The translations under genes were made by a program, and so were the position numbers. Positions 1 through 10,778 of a DNA stretch of 64,000 bases are shown here, one piece after another; the first letter of the stretch is position 1, and every line of letters begins with the position of its first letter. The notes below the pieces were generated by a model. The model did not search any database. It was not told the origin of the DNA and saw only the letters and a list, made by a program, of their open reading frames with translations. Origin of the DNA: Ostreococcus lucimarinus (Eukaryota); assembly GCA_000092065.1 (NCBI GenBank), contig CP000596.1; one strand, 5' to 3'.

Positions 1-97
1 GCAAGCGAAGACGAGGTTGGTTTTGGAAAAGTTGAGAACCAAATGAACAACGGATTAGCGAACGAGCTCTTACCACATAGGTATCTAGGATTTTTTA

Positions 98-1084
98 TCA
101 TTTAATCATCATGCCCGGCGACCATGGGAAATACCCATTATATAATCGCTGAGAACAAGTGTCGATGTGCAACCAGAACGCGCTGAGTATCTTCACCTGC
201 GAACTGTATGGTGCGCCTTCGTTGAACGGATCGCGATCGAGACGCTTCGCCGCGAGTGCGCCTCGACATCCGAACGGATCCCGCGCGAACGCCTCGCGAA
301 CTTTCACCTCGCCGGCCTCCATTTCCTTTTCATTCAACGCCTTGGTACCGATATACGTGAAATTGCTTTCCGGATACCCGATCGCCCGGAGATGGAGCTT
401 CTGGAAACGGTCGCGCTTGCTTTCAAAACCCACGACGGTGATTTTTGACGGGAACTTTCGAGTGAGCTCAAAGAAGCGACACACGCTGAAAAGCAGATTC
501 TCAAAGCTATCCCGTGCGTGTTCCTCCGTAAAGCTTCTAAGCTCCACCCCGGCGTCGACCCCAAACCAATCAAACGCCCTCGACACCTGCCAATACGAGC
601 TCGCCTCGCTAATTGCGCCCGCCTCGCGTCTCGTCTTACCACCGCTAAATACGAGCATAGCGCGCGGATTCTTCGCCAACTCGCGCACACCGCGCTCCAT
701 GTGCTCCATGAACGCCTTCGCCTCACCTTCTAGCAATTGATGAGGCTCTAACGCCCAGTTACTCTCGTCTTTTGCCTCCAAAAAATTATTACCGTAGTAC
801 ACCGCGTGCCCCGGCACGACGACGAGTTCATCCACCCCGTCCACCTGCGCCGGCGTCTTTCGCTCCACCACGCTCCTTCGCATCACCGGCATCACTCCCA
901 TCGCGCTCGGCACGCGATTCTCTTTCCCATCGAACACCGTCCGTCCGACGAATATCAACGCCAGCAACCCCAACCATCCCACGCGTTCGCCCCGACTTAT
1001 CGCCCGCCGCGCGCGCGCCAGCGCTCGCGTCGTCGCGCTCGCTCGATATTTCCCATTGTCGTGATCGTCCTTTCTTCGATACAT
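98..1084 (-). CDS. DUF218 (YdcF/SanA-like) domain protein with an N-terminal membrane anchor
   Basis: The minus-strand ORF 98..1873 is GC-spacer translation at its 5' end. The credible start is the ATG at 1084 (MYRRKDD...), followed by a hydrophobic helix (VGWLGLLALIFVG). It carries the DUF218-like blocks LVVVPGH, LVFSGGKTRREAGAISEAS, RDSFENLLFS and KITVVGFESKRDRF. Confidence 0.5.
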   Translation of the reverse strand: MYRRKDDHDNGKYRASATTRALARARRAISRGERVGWLGLLALIFVGRTVFDGKENRVPSAMGVMPVMRRSVVERKTPAQVDGVDELVVVPGHAVYYGNNFLEAKDESNWALEPHQLLEGEAKAFMEHMERGVRELAKNPRAMLVFSGGKTRREAGAISEASSYWQVSRAFDWFGVDAGVELRSFTEEHARDSFENLLFSVCRFFELTRKFPSKITVVGFESKRDRFQKLHLRAIGYPESNFTYIGTKALNEKEMEAGEVKVREAFARDPFGCRGALAAKRLDRDPFNEGAPYSSQVKILSAFWLHIDTCSQRLYNGYFPWSPGMMIK

Positions 1085-2055
1085 CGGCAGCGTCTCGACG
1101 TCTTCCACCGTTCCGAATCTGTACGCGCTGAACGCCCGCGCGCGCGCCGCGTGCGTCGCGTTCGCGCGCATCGCGATTCGCGTCCGATGGGCTATCTCCG
1201 GCGCCCGCGCGCGCGCGTCCTCGCGTCCCGACCGTCGTTCGCGCGCGCGCGCCTCGCGATCGATCCTCGCGCGCGTCTCGCGCGTCCTCTCGCGCCGCCG
1301 CCCGTCGTCGTCGGCGCCGTCGACGAACGGACGCGTCGACGTCTCGCGACGCGCGACGCGCGCGACACCCGAACGACGCGCGCGGCGCCCGAACGACGCG
1401 CGTGCGAGTACGGGCTTTTTTACGTTACGTCTACGCATACAATCGCGATCGAGCGCTATGTCGTGATCGCGTCGTGTTGTGAAATAAACCACCGAGCCGT
1501 TGCCGCGGGCGCCGCGCGCTACGGCGCGTCCGCGTCCGCGCGCTGGCGGCGACGCGCGCCGCCCGGCGCGAGGTCCGCGATCTCGGCCTCGTAATCCCAC
1601 GCCTCGGGCTCGACCTCGGGCGGGTACAGGACGTGCTTGAGCTTCAACAGCGGCGGGACGCTGAACAGGAGCACGGAGAAGGCGAACATGAAGACGTACA
1701 CCTGGTTGTCGGGGTCGCCGTTGAGGTACGCGCCGAGGAGCGCGCGACCGCGGCGGACGACGGCGTCGGGCGACGGGGACGACGACGACGGCGCGGCGTC
1801 GACGGCGTCGACGGCGAGCGCGCGCGCGAGCGGTCGCATGGCGCCGCGCGTCGACGAGTGCGAGGGCGTCCACCGCCGAACGATCGGCGTCGATGGACGC
1901 CGATCGACGCGACGTCGATCGACGCGCGACGCCGATCGACGACGCGCGGGGCGGGCGGCGGGCGGTCGTCGTTTGACGCTTTGACTTCCTCGCGACGCGC
2001 GCGAGGGCGCACAGGACGACGACGAGGGCGCACAGGACGCGCGCGCGCGGCGGTG

Positions 2056-5000
2056 ATGACGACGTCGACGACGACGTTCACGCCGCCCGCGCCGTCGACG
2101 CCGACGACGCTGTGCGATTCGCAAAACGTCGCGTGCGTGAACACGGATGTCGCGGATGCGGAAGTTTTGAGCGCGTTCGCCGCGTACGTGTGCGCCGCGC
2201 TCGCGGTGTTGACCGCGTTCGGGATCGCGAGGAAATACGTGCCGATTTATACCGGTCGAGAACACCTGCGGTCGCTGAAGACGAGCGGGTGCGCACCGCC
2301 GCGATTCGACGCGAGCGCGAATCGCGGCGGCGCGCGAGAGGCGTGCTCGACCACGTACGGATGGATCGCGCACGTGTTGACGGTGGCAGATTCTGACATC
2401 GTGCACACGGCAGGATTGGATGCATTAGTATTCTTAAGAATTGCGCAGTTCGGGACGCAGTTGTTCGCGCCTTTAGCGTTGGTTGGAGTGCTGGCGCTCG
2501 CGCCGACACACCTGTCGAGATCGTATTACGAGACGACGACGACGAGCGAGTCGTCTGCGGCGCGCGAGAGCCACGTGTTGATGCGAATGACGATCGCAAA
2601 CGTGGAACCGACCAGTTCGTTGATGTGGATGCACGTAGTGATGTTTTGGGCGTTCACGGCGTATGCGCTGTGGTTGCTGACGGCCCACTATCGCTCTTAC
2701 GAGTTTTTACGTCAAGTGTACGGAACGACGACGGGCGAGTCGAATCCTTGGCGCGCGGTGCACATCCCGCAAACCGTGCTACAGAAGTTTTTACAGCAAG
2801 GAATAAACACAAACAGAGAGTTCATGACGGAGACTATTGAGGAAGAGGAAAGAGAGGGCGGACAGACTCCTGCGGCGAGAACCATGCCGACGACGATGCT
2901 TCTCGAAGCGTTGCTTGGGCCGAAACGCTCGAACGGTCAGATGTCGACCGAGCAGAAGCTCAGACGTTTTCCTAGGGCATCGTTCATTGAAAGCACTCGT
3001 GGACCATCGATGGCGACGCCATCAAGAGGCTATCACTCCCACTTCGGTCCCCTTCGAGTGACGGAGACGCCGCGTGAAGAATCGTCTCGATCGGTGTCGG
3101 AGATTTCCATGGCGTCCATGAGTGACTTTGACGAAATGTCCAAAGAACATCACTTAGATAAATTGACGAGCGATAGCGAGGATGTCGCGATAAGACACAA
3201 TTGGTGGGAAGGGTTAGACATCGCTGAAGAGGTATGGAGCGACCAATTGAGGAGTGGGAGCGACGGATTTGGATCGACCGATGCGCTCTCTGCTCCGCGG
3301 CAAATCAAAGTTGATATCGAGGGGCGATTTCCTTGCAACGACGCATCAACGTGCGATATTAACCCAGTACCATCGATAGATGATAGACGGTACGTCTCAG
3401 CCGTCGCGGACGAAGTCAGCGAAGACGGCAGCGAAAAGGAAGTGGTGGTCAGCGTGTTGGTGCAAAACTATTGCGTCTTGATGACAGACGTCGGTGGTAA
3501 TCTTCCCGAGGGGGCCGCGGATCCGTGGGAAGGTGTGCGAGCGGTGGAGACATTTTTCGGAGGCCTGTTTCCAGACGACTTCCTAATGGTGATTCCTTTA
3601 CAGGACTACCGCCCTGTGGACGACTTACTCATCGAGCGCGACAAGCTCAAGAATGAAATCGAGAAACAATCGATGTTGCAATCAAAACGGCATGGACACC
3701 GTCGTATGCGTAGAGGGAGCGGTTTTCGGGATGAAATCACGGGTTTACGAGACAGAGTAGCAATTTTAGACCACTTGGTTGTTCAGGAGCGCACCAGAAT
3801 TCTTCAAACCGAGCCCGGGTCGAGTTGTATCGTTGCTTTCAAAAGCCAGTATGCGGCGGCGTGCGCGGCGCAGTGCCGTATCACATCGCGTCAGCGTGAT
3901 CTTTTTGCGATCGAACCCGCGCCGGGACCCGACAATCTCAATTGGCAATCGGTATTACTTCGAAGACGTCAGCGTGAGATCCGATCGATGGTGATTTTCC
4001 CGCTCATTCTCACCATCATACTCATTCCGACGGGAATGTTCACTGGCGTGATGTCGTCGCTATGCGTAGCAAATCAATTCGGTGCAAATCACAACGACGG
4101 CTTGAAGTGGTACTGCTCGAGCGATTCCGCGCGGTATCTACGAATTCTAGTGCAAGGTATTTTACCACCCATTCTGCTGACACTCTGGGAAACGTTTGTC
4201 GTTTCGTTCGGAATGATGTATCTCGTTCAGGCACAGAGCAAGTATTCTAGTCTGAGTAAAACAGACGAGTCGTTTGCGGAGTACTACTTTCTGTGGGCGT
4301 TTCTGAATGTGTTTTTCGGCACTGTATCTGGTTACGCCATTCAACGATATTTGAACGCGCTCAACACGAAAGGTCCGGATGCCATGCTGCAACTTCTCGG
4401 TACGTCGCTGCCGCTCACAAGTAATTTCTTCCTACTTTGGATCGTATTCAGAGGGGTATACCTCCCCACTCAGCGGTTGATTTTCCCTCATCCCGGAGTG
4501 CTATGCATGATCGTCAATCGCTGGCTGTGCTGTTTGGGATGCAACGTGACCGCTCGAGATAGAACGATCAAATACAGCCCGAGATCGGTTCGCCTTGGTC
4601 GCGAAGTCGGTGTGTTCGCCATGGTGATGATGATTGGTCTCGTCTTTTCCACAGTCGCACCTTTGATCACATTACTCTGCACCGTATTTTTCGTCTTTAA
4701 TTTTGTCATATGGCGTTATCACGTCCTATATGTGTACGAACGCTCGTACGAAGCCGGCGGGGCGATGTGGACAACGTTTTGCAACTTGACGATTTACGCG
4801 CTGGTCATCGCGCAGAGCTTTTTGTCGTTTGTCCTCTTGTCCAAGCAAGCGTACGCCGGAGCACTCATTCTCTGGATCACTGTCTTACCGGTTCTAAGCA
4901 AAGCCAGTCACAGATTTCGATCGATCGCGAGCGAGCTTCGCTGGTCCGTGCCCCTACCACAGGCGTCCATCGCGCCTCGCGCCGAGTTCAACGCCGAGAC

Positions 5001-5130
5001 TTACATGCATCCAGCGCTCAAGCGCAACTCCATGGGATGGCACCCAGAAATCGGCAAGGTCTGGCGAGGGTACCCTAACGTCACCGTGAAAGAGACTCGG
5101 ATATTCAGAAGACGTCAACGACATAGATGA
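2056..5130 (+). CDS. OSCA/TMEM63/CSC1-family (DUF221) stress-gated cation channel
   Basis: Single long ORF with many TM helices. It has the RSN1_TM-like N-terminus, a cytosolic PHM7-like block (CIVAFKSQYAAACAAQ) and a DUF221 7TM core. The start is taken at ATG 2056 (MTTSTTTF...) because the upstream part of the ORF is Arg-rich GC spacer. A TGTAA follows the stop at 5135..5139. Confidence 0.7.
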   Translation: MTTSTTTFTPPAPSTPTTLCDSQNVACVNTDVADAEVLSAFAAYVCAALAVLTAFGIARKYVPIYTGREHLRSLKTSGCAPPRFDASANRGGAREACSTTYGWIAHVLTVADSDIVHTAGLDALVFLRIAQFGTQLFAPLALVGVLALAPTHLSRSYYETTTTSESSAARESHVLMRMTIANVEPTSSLMWMHVVMFWAFTAYALWLLTAHYRSYEFLRQVYGTTTGESNPWRAVHIPQTVLQKFLQQGINTNREFMTETIEEEEREGGQTPAARTMPTTMLLEALLGPKRSNGQMSTEQKLRRFPRASFIESTRGPSMATPSRGYHSHFGPLRVTETPREESSRSVSEISMASMSDFDEMSKEHHLDKLTSDSEDVAIRHNWWEGLDIAEEVWSDQLRSGSDGFGSTDALSAPRQIKVDIEGRFPCNDASTCDINPVPSIDDRRYVSAVADEVSEDGSEKEVVVSVLVQNYCVLMTDVGGNLPEGAADPWEGVRAVETFFGGLFPDDFLMVIPLQDYRPVDDLLIERDKLKNEIEKQSMLQSKRHGHRRMRRGSGFRDEITGLRDRVAILDHLVVQERTRILQTEPGSSCIVAFKSQYAAACAAQCRITSRQRDLFAIEPAPGPDNLNWQSVLLRRRQREIRSMVIFPLILTIILIPTGMFTGVMSSLCVANQFGANHNDGLKWYCSSDSARYLRILVQGILPPILLTLWETFVVSFGMMYLVQAQSKYSSLSKTDESFAEYYFLWAFLNVFFGTVSGYAIQRYLNALNTKGPDAMLQLLGTSLPLTSNFFLLWIVFRGVYLPTQRLIFPHPGVLCMIVNRWLCCLGCNVTARDRTIKYSPRSVRLGREVGVFAMVMMIGLVFSTVAPLITLLCTVFFVFNFVIWRYHVLYVYERSYEAGGAMWTTFCNLTIYALVIAQSFLSFVLLSKQAYAGALILWITVLPVLSKASHRFRSIASELRWSVPLPQASIAPRAEFNAETYMHPALKRNSMGWHPEIGKVWRGYPNVTVKETRIFRRRQRHR

Positions 5131-5252
5131 ATCATGTAAAGACGCGTGCGCCTCGCCTTTTCGCTCGCCGCCTCGCCGCCGCACAACGCGACGGCCGATC
5201 GATCTCATCTCGCATCGACGAATGTCAGCGATAACGTTTAAAAACTGAGACA

Positions 5253-6353
5253 ATGGCGACGACCGCTGTACCTGCGCGCACGCAGTGCCTCACGCGCGCG
5301 CACAGTCGTCGTAATCGCGCGGTTTCGTCGTCGTTCGCTTCGACGTGCATTCCGCTCTCTCGCGCGTTTCGGACGGCTGTGCGCGTCGATCGCGTCGCCC
5401 GCGAGCGCGATGCCGCGTCCAGAGATGGCGCGCGGACGATTGGCTTGTGTGCTCGGTCGCTGAAGCGCATCGTGCGCGCTAGGGCGAGCGAAGGTGTCAT
5501 CGAGCGCGGAGGGCCGAGCGAACCGACGGCCACGACGCAGCCGTGGTTTGATCGATTCCTCAAACTTCCGAGCGATGGAAGCGAGATATGGGAAGCGAAG
5601 TGGGGAATGAAGGTGATTATTCAAGTTATGGTGCTGTGGTTTTGCGCGTTTTGCGTGATAGGAAACGCGGTGTTCCCGTACGCCGCGGGCGTTCTCGGGT
5701 TCGACACGTCGAGCTTCACGCAGCGAGGATTGGCGACGTACAGTTTGTGCTTAGATTTCACGCAAATGCTCATGACTTGGTTCGTTTTGCGTCAATCCTT
5801 ACGTCCATTTCGGCCGTTCGGGGTGAATTGGTTCCCAGTGCGCTGGTTTGAGGACAGAAAGTACCTGAGAGACGTCGCCGTGGCGTGCGTGGCGTTTCCA
5901 TTCGTCGTGTGGTTGCACGGATTGAGCACGACTTTATTGGAGCACATCGGCTTGATTGCTTTCGACGAAACCGTCACCGCGGCGTGGGAACAAAGCATGA
6001 AGTCGAATGATATCATATCGAAAGCGTTCTACATGCTCTTGGCCTCATTCGCCGCCCCCGTGTGGGAAGAGCTCATCTTTCGAGGCTTCTTCTTCGCCTC
6101 CCTCACCGCCTTCACCGGCGCCGCGCGCGCCATGCTCATCTCCTCCACCCTCTTCGCCTGCGCTCACTTCTCCCTCGAGCAGTTCCTTCCCCTCACCTTC
6201 CTCGGCTGTCTCATGTGCGTCGTCTTCGTTCGCACGCGCAACCTCCTCGCCCCCGTGCTCGTGCACAGCGCGTGGAACGCCTGGGTCCTCGCCGGCGACT
6301 TTCTCCCGCCCCTCGACGTCGTCCTTCGCGCCGTGTTCGCCGCCGCGCCGTAG
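5253..6353 (+). CDS. CPBP/CAAX-protease-family (Abi) intramembrane metalloprotease, probably organelle-targeted
   Basis: Motifs VWEELIFRGFFF, FACAHF and VHSAWNAWV match the EExxxR, FxxxH and HxxxN motifs of Abi/CPBP proteases. The N-terminus is Ser/Arg/Ala-rich and looks like a transit peptide. Confidence 0.7.
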   Translation: MATTAVPARTQCLTRAHSRRNRAVSSSFASTCIPLSRAFRTAVRVDRVARERDAASRDGARTIGLCARSLKRIVRARASEGVIERGGPSEPTATTQPWFDRFLKLPSDGSEIWEAKWGMKVIIQVMVLWFCAFCVIGNAVFPYAAGVLGFDTSSFTQRGLATYSLCLDFTQMLMTWFVLRQSLRPFRPFGVNWFPVRWFEDRKYLRDVAVACVAFPFVVWLHGLSTTLLEHIGLIAFDETVTAAWEQSMKSNDIISKAFYMLLASFAAPVWEELIFRGFFFASLTAFTGAARAMLISSTLFACAHFSLEQFLPLTFLGCLMCVVFVRTRNLLAPVLVHSAWNAWVLAGDFLPPLDVVLRAVFAAAP

Positions 6354-6689
6354 CGCGCGTCATCGCTGTCATCGCCGTCATCGTTTGTCACGGAATCCTC
6401 ATCCTCATCGCCGTTCGTCCTCGCGTTCGGCGCTCGCGTCGTCGTCTCGTCGTCTCGTGTCTCGCGTTCGGCTCGTCCGCGCTCGCTCGGGCGCCCGCGC
6501 GTTTGGTGGGCATGGCGAATGGCGATCGCGTCACATCGCGCCGCTCGTGACGCGCGAACGAGCGCCTCAGAGCACGCGCGTTTTCGCGCACGAACGAGAG
6601 CGCGCGCGCGCCTCGCGTCGAACGCCGTCGCGAATCGCACCGCGCGCGCGTCGTCGCCGACGTCGCCGACGTCGGTCGACGCCGCCGAC

Positions 6690-8043
6690 ATGGATGGGTC
6701 ATTCATAGGATCGACCATTTACCTCGTCTCGCACTCCGACATACGATACGAGGGCGTGCTGGTGAACATCGACCCGGTCGAGAGCACGCTGACGCTGCAG
6801 AACGGTGCGAGAGTGCGAGGCGAGACGACGCGGAGAGGGCGCGGAGGGCGGACGCGCGCGCGAGATCTGAGAGAGGCGACGATCGCGGACGACGAGGAGA
6901 GACTGACGACGGCGAACGTTGGACGCGAGCGCAGTGCGATCGTTCGGAACGGAGGGAAGACGGACGAATGGGGTGCAGATCCCGCCGAGCGTGGAGGTGT
7001 ACGAGTACATCACGTTTAAGGGGGATGATATCCAGGATTTGGAGATTGTCGAAAACGGCGCCTCGGCGGCGGCGCAGCAGCAACAGCACGCGCAGCAGCC
7101 GCAGTACATGCAACAGCCGCAGTACGGGCAGCAGCCGCAGTACGGGCAGCAGCCGCAGTATGGGTACATGGGCGCGCCGCAGCAGGCGTACATGGGATAT
7201 CCGCCGCAGCAGCAGTACGGGATGCCGCAGCAATACGGCGCTCCGCCGCCGGCGTGGGGACAACCGCCGCCGCAACAGCAGCAACCGCCGCCGCAACCGC
7301 CGATGCAACAGCAACCGCCGGTGCAGCAGCAGCAGCAGCAGCAACCGCCTGCGCCTGCGCCGAAGAAATCGGCGTGGGGTAACCCGAACCCGGCCGCGGC
7401 GGCATCCGAGGGCGTGATCCTTCCGGCGGCGCGGAACGCGCCCCCGGCCGCGGCCGGCGTCGCCAAGACCGCGGCTACGGTCGCCGCTCCGAAGGCCATC
7501 GCGAAGGCCGCCGCCCCCAAACCGAAACCAACCTCGTTTGCTGCCGCCGCTCTCAACGCGATGGCTCCCGAGGAAGTGGCTCGGCTCAGGGCTGCGCCCA
7601 GACCGGCGCCCACGCAGGGTGGCCGCGGGGTTCCGGCGCCGAGAACGGGCGGTCGTGGCGCCGGCGGTGGACGTGGTGCGGCTCCAGCGGTGCCGAAGGA
7701 AGCGTTCAACTTTGAGAAAATGTTGCAAAAATTCAACAAGGAAAAGTTAGCGCAATCTGCCGAGGCGAAGAAGCTCACGACCGAAGTTCAATCCAACCCG
7801 GTGTACGTCAAGGATGACTTTTTCGACACCATGAGCAGCGAAGCTACGGAGAAGGCTGCTGGGGGGAACAGAGGTCGATTTCACGAACAACGTCGCATGG
7901 ACGCCATGACGTTTGGCTTTGATGCGGTGAGCGCATCTCACGCCGCGCAACGCGCGGCCGCTGCCGGCAGAGGTGGCCGTGGCGGTCGAAGCGACGGGGG
8001 CCGAGGCGGCGGCCGAGGCGGCGGTCGAGGCGGTCGCAGATGA
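6690..8043 (+). CDS. LSM14: LSM14/Scd6/RAP55-like mRNA decapping/translation repressor (LSm, FFD-TFG and RGG regions), two exons
   Basis: Exon 1 (6690..6804) encodes [38 protein letters not shown], an LSm fold. The intron (6805..6934) has a GTGCGA donor, a CTGAC branch point and a CAG acceptor. Exon 2 (6935..8043) continues [10 protein letters not shown], then a Q/P-rich region, DDFFD and TFGF boxes and a C-terminal RGG repeat. The junction restores the conserved KVRSFGTE-type motif. Confidence 0.75.
7093..7165 (+). repeat. In-frame 18-bp tandem repeat (cagcagccgcagtacggg-like, encoding QQPQYG x4) inside the LSM14 Q/P-rich region
   Basis: Direct reading: [24 protein letters not shown]. Confidence 0.6.
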
Positions 8044-8210
8044 TAGGGAATCGGACAGAAAGGGAAGACGACGGAAACACAATAGTCTCTAGCGTGACTC
8101 ACTTCCAGTGACTCACTGAAACGATATGTGAATACGAATATTTCGTTCTCAAACTACAAATGCTGTGTGTGTTTATACAAATCAAAACGCCTCGCCGTCG
8201 TCCGCCGCCT

Positions 8211-8900
8211 TCATCGGTACATCGCCTCCGATTGCAAGTTTCTCGCGATCTCCTTCTCCCATCGATCACCGTTAGAGAGTAACTTCTCCTTATCGTACAG
8301 CAACTCCTCGTGCGAAAACGTCGCGTACTCAAAGTTTGGTCCCTCCACGATGGCGTCCACCGGGCACGCCTCTTGGCAAAACCCGCAAAAGATGCACTTC
8401 GTCATGTCTATGTCGTATCTCGTCGTTCGTCGACTTCCGTCCTCTCTCTCCTCCGCCTCGATCGTGATCGCTTGCGCTGGGCATATGGCCTCGCACAACT
8501 TACACGCGATGCATCTTTCCTCACCCGTGGGATACCTTCGCAGCGCGTGTTCGCCTCGAAACCTCGGCGACAGCGGTCCCTTTTCGAACGGGTAGTTGAT
8601 CGTCACCTTTTTATCGAAGAAGTACTTCAGCGTCAGCGACATCCCTCGCAGGAGCTCCGTGAGCACGAGCGTCTTCGCGCTCGCGTCCAGGACGCCCGCG
8701 AGATCGGTCGGCATCGCCTTCTCCGCGAGTTCGCGCGAGCGATCGGCGCTCGCGGTCGTCGCGGGCGATCGCGGGGTGGAGTCGCGATCGACGACGGCGC
8801 CCGCGTCGCGCGCGGTGTCGCTCGCGAACGCGCGAAGGGACGTCGAGGGCGAGCCCTCGGTGGCGCGCTTGAACGCGGCGCGCGCGCCGTGACGAAGCAT
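8211..8900 (-). CDS. NDUFS8: NADH:ubiquinone oxidoreductase 23 kDa Fe-S subunit (NDUFS8/TYKY), mitochondrial
   Basis: Two 4Fe-4S ferredoxin motifs ([12 protein letters not shown] and [12 protein letters not shown]) are present. The flanking sequence is the conserved TYKY sequence ([25 protein letters not shown]...[23 protein letters not shown]). An N-terminal presequence is present. Confidence 0.9.
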   Translation of the reverse strand: MLRHGARAAFKRATEGSPSTSLRAFASDTARDAGAVVDRDSTPRSPATTASADRSRELAEKAMPTDLAGVLDASAKTLVLTELLRGMSLTLKYFFDKKVTINYPFEKGPLSPRFRGEHALRRYPTGEERCIACKLCEAICPAQAITIEAEEREDGSRRTTRYDIDMTKCIFCGFCQEACPVDAIVEGPNFEYATFSHEELLYDKEKLLSNGDRWEKEIARNLQSEAMYR

Positions 8901-9009
8901 GGCGCGCGTCGATGTGCGGCGGACGTCGGCGTCGACGCGTTAGGTCTAGGCTGGTCGACGCCCGTCGACGCGACGCGCGAGCGAGGGAGTGTTTTACAGA
9001 TTACTACGA

Positions 9010-9492
9010 TCACGAGATGGCGATCTTATCCATGAGCGAACCGTGCATCTTCTCCAGTTTCATGAGCTGATCGTACACGTTCAAGATTTTATTCGTGTTG
9101 ATCTCGAGCACCAACCCCCCGACGATTGTCTCGTCGAGCACGGTGTACGCCTTCGGAGAGTTGAAAATCAAATCCAATTCGCACACGTTCTCGAACACCC
9201 GATCGAGGGTTTCGACGTAGACTTGAATCAGATCCAGCATCGCCAGCTCGCTCTCGCTTCGATCGCTCAGGATGCAAAAGTACAGCGTCGCGAAGTGTCT
9301 GTACACCAGCTTCGTGTCCGGGCCGAACGTCTTCTCGTCGTCCACGAACGAGCACAGGTGATCCGGTCGCCCCGTCACGAGCTTGTACACCGTCTGACAC
9401 AGCTCCGTCTGTTTATCCACCCCGAGCTGTTCGTAAAATCTACACAATCGCACCATGGCGTGGTTATTCACCACGATGAACGCCTTGATCAT
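9010..9492 (-). CDS. AP complex sigma subunit (clathrin-adaptor small chain), closest to AP-3 sigma
   Basis: 160 aa, single exon. MIKAFIVVNNH...LVYRHFATLYFCILSDRSESELAMLDLIQVYVETLDRVFENVCELDLIF matches sigma-adaptin, and AP-3 sigma best. Confidence 0.8.
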   Translation of the reverse strand: MIKAFIVVNNHAMVRLCRFYEQLGVDKQTELCQTVYKLVTGRPDHLCSFVDDEKTFGPDTKLVYRHFATLYFCILSDRSESELAMLDLIQVYVETLDRVFENVCELDLIFNSPKAYTVLDETIVGGLVLEINTNKILNVYDQLMKLEKMHGSLMDKIAIS

Positions 9493-9555
9493 CGTCCTCG
9501 TCGTCCGACAACACCAATGGATTGACCACCCAAATCAACGCAGTGAATGAATGAT

Positions 9556-9582
9556 TCGTTTCGTTTCGTTTCGTTTCGTTCG
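9556..9582. repeat. (GTTTC)5 microsatellite in a bidirectional intergenic region
   Basis: The sequence cgtttcgtttcgtttcgtttcgtt is seen directly. Confidence 0.8.
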
Positions 9583-9734
9583 CCGACGCGAGGTTCGCGC
9601 CGCGATCGTCGGACCCCGCGCGGCGCCGCGATCCGTCCTCGATCACCGCCACCGTCGCGCCCCCGTCCGACCGCGCGTCGGCGCGTCGGCGTGTCGCGCC
9701 CGCGCGCGATCGACGCGACGCGACGCGCGAAACA

Positions 9735-9790
9735 CCGAAAAACCGAAAAACCGAAAAACCGAAAAATCGAAAAACCGAAACCGAAAACGA
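9735..9790. repeat. (CCGAAAAA)n microsatellite, about 6 units
   Basis: The sequence ccgaaaaaccgaaaaaccgaaaaaccgaaaaatcgaaaaaccgaaaccgaaaacgaa lies in the spacer between the AP-sigma and COX6B genes. Confidence 0.8.
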
Positions 9791-10374
9791 ACCTCGACCG
9801 CGACGATCTCGAGGGCGTCCGGGGTTCCGTCAAAACCCTACATACTGTTTCCCCACACGACACAAAAACCGGTCGGTCGGACACCCATGCGCGTCGCCCG
9901 GCGTCGTCGCGCGACGCCGCAAACCCGCACGCCGCGCGCGATGTCGAGCGACGAGGAAGAAGCGCCGGCGCCGGCGATGGAACACGGCGAGGAGGCGCGT
10001 CGACGACGACGCGCGCGAGCGATCGACGCGCGCGCGGAAGCGCGAGAACCGCGCGCGCGGGCGAACGACGGGCGCGGGACGAGGGCGCGCGCGCGATCGG
10101 GGGCGAGGCGGACGACGCGCGACGACGGAGAAAGAGGGACGGGACGGGAGAGGGCGACCGGACGACGACGACGACGCGAACGATGGGATCGCGATGATGG
10201 GGACTGACGGCGCGCGACGCGCGAATCGAGCAGGTTTCGGCGCCGGAGCCGACGGCGAGCGCGGGGGACGTGGAGGTGCGTTTGAAGGCGACGCGCGCGC
10301 GAGGGGCGGGGAGGGGGACGAAATCACGGCGCGATCGATGAGACTGACGACGATGCGCGCGCGGTGGTGGATGT

Positions 10375-10605
10375 TTGGGTTCACAGTTGAAGACGACGCC
10401 GTTTGATCCGCGATTCCCGCAGACGAACCAAGCGAAGCACTGCTACACGAGGTACAACGAGTTTCACAAGTGCCAAGCCGAAAACGGCGAGGGCGCGGAA
10501 GAGTGCGAACCGTTGGCCAAGTTTTATCGCTCCATCTGTCCGACAGAGTGGACCGAGAAATGGAACGAGGAAAGAGAGGAAGGCACGTGGCCGGGGCGCT
10601 ATTAG
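10375..10605 (+). CDS. COX6B: Cytochrome c oxidase subunit 6B (CHCH fold)
   Basis: 76 aa. FPQTNQAKHCYTRYNEFHKCQAENGEGAEECEPLAKFYRSICPTEWTEKWNEEREEGTWPG matches the twin-Cys COX6B pattern. Confidence 0.85.
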   Translation: MGSQLKTTPFDPRFPQTNQAKHCYTRYNEFHKCQAENGEGAEECEPLAKFYRSICPTEWTEKWNEEREEGTWPGRY

Positions 10606-10778
10606 GAGGACTCGTGTGTGTGTAAATGTACGACGCGACGCGCTTTGGAAGCGCGCCAAGTCCGCGTCTTTTAGAAATCTAACCATGTAACGGCTGACAC
10701 ATTTCTGTTTGCGAAGCTAATGCGAACGGCGACGACGACTGTTTAAGCGCTACGCGTCGTCGTCGCGCTATGATCTAG

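Noticed and set aside
806-2406. Multiple overlapping long ORFs (262, 295 and 115 aa) on both strands upstream of the OSCA-like gene
   Set aside because: They are Arg/Ala/Pro-rich translations of CGCG-rich spacer, with no conserved motifs, and they overlap each other in different frames. Stop-poor GC-rich DNA generates such ORFs by chance.
6699-7778. 359- and 341-aa ORFs on the minus strand overlapping LSM14
   Set aside because: They run antisense to a gene with clear homology. The translation is poly-Cys/Gly/Arg low-complexity arising from the reverse complement of the Q/P-rich codon repeats.
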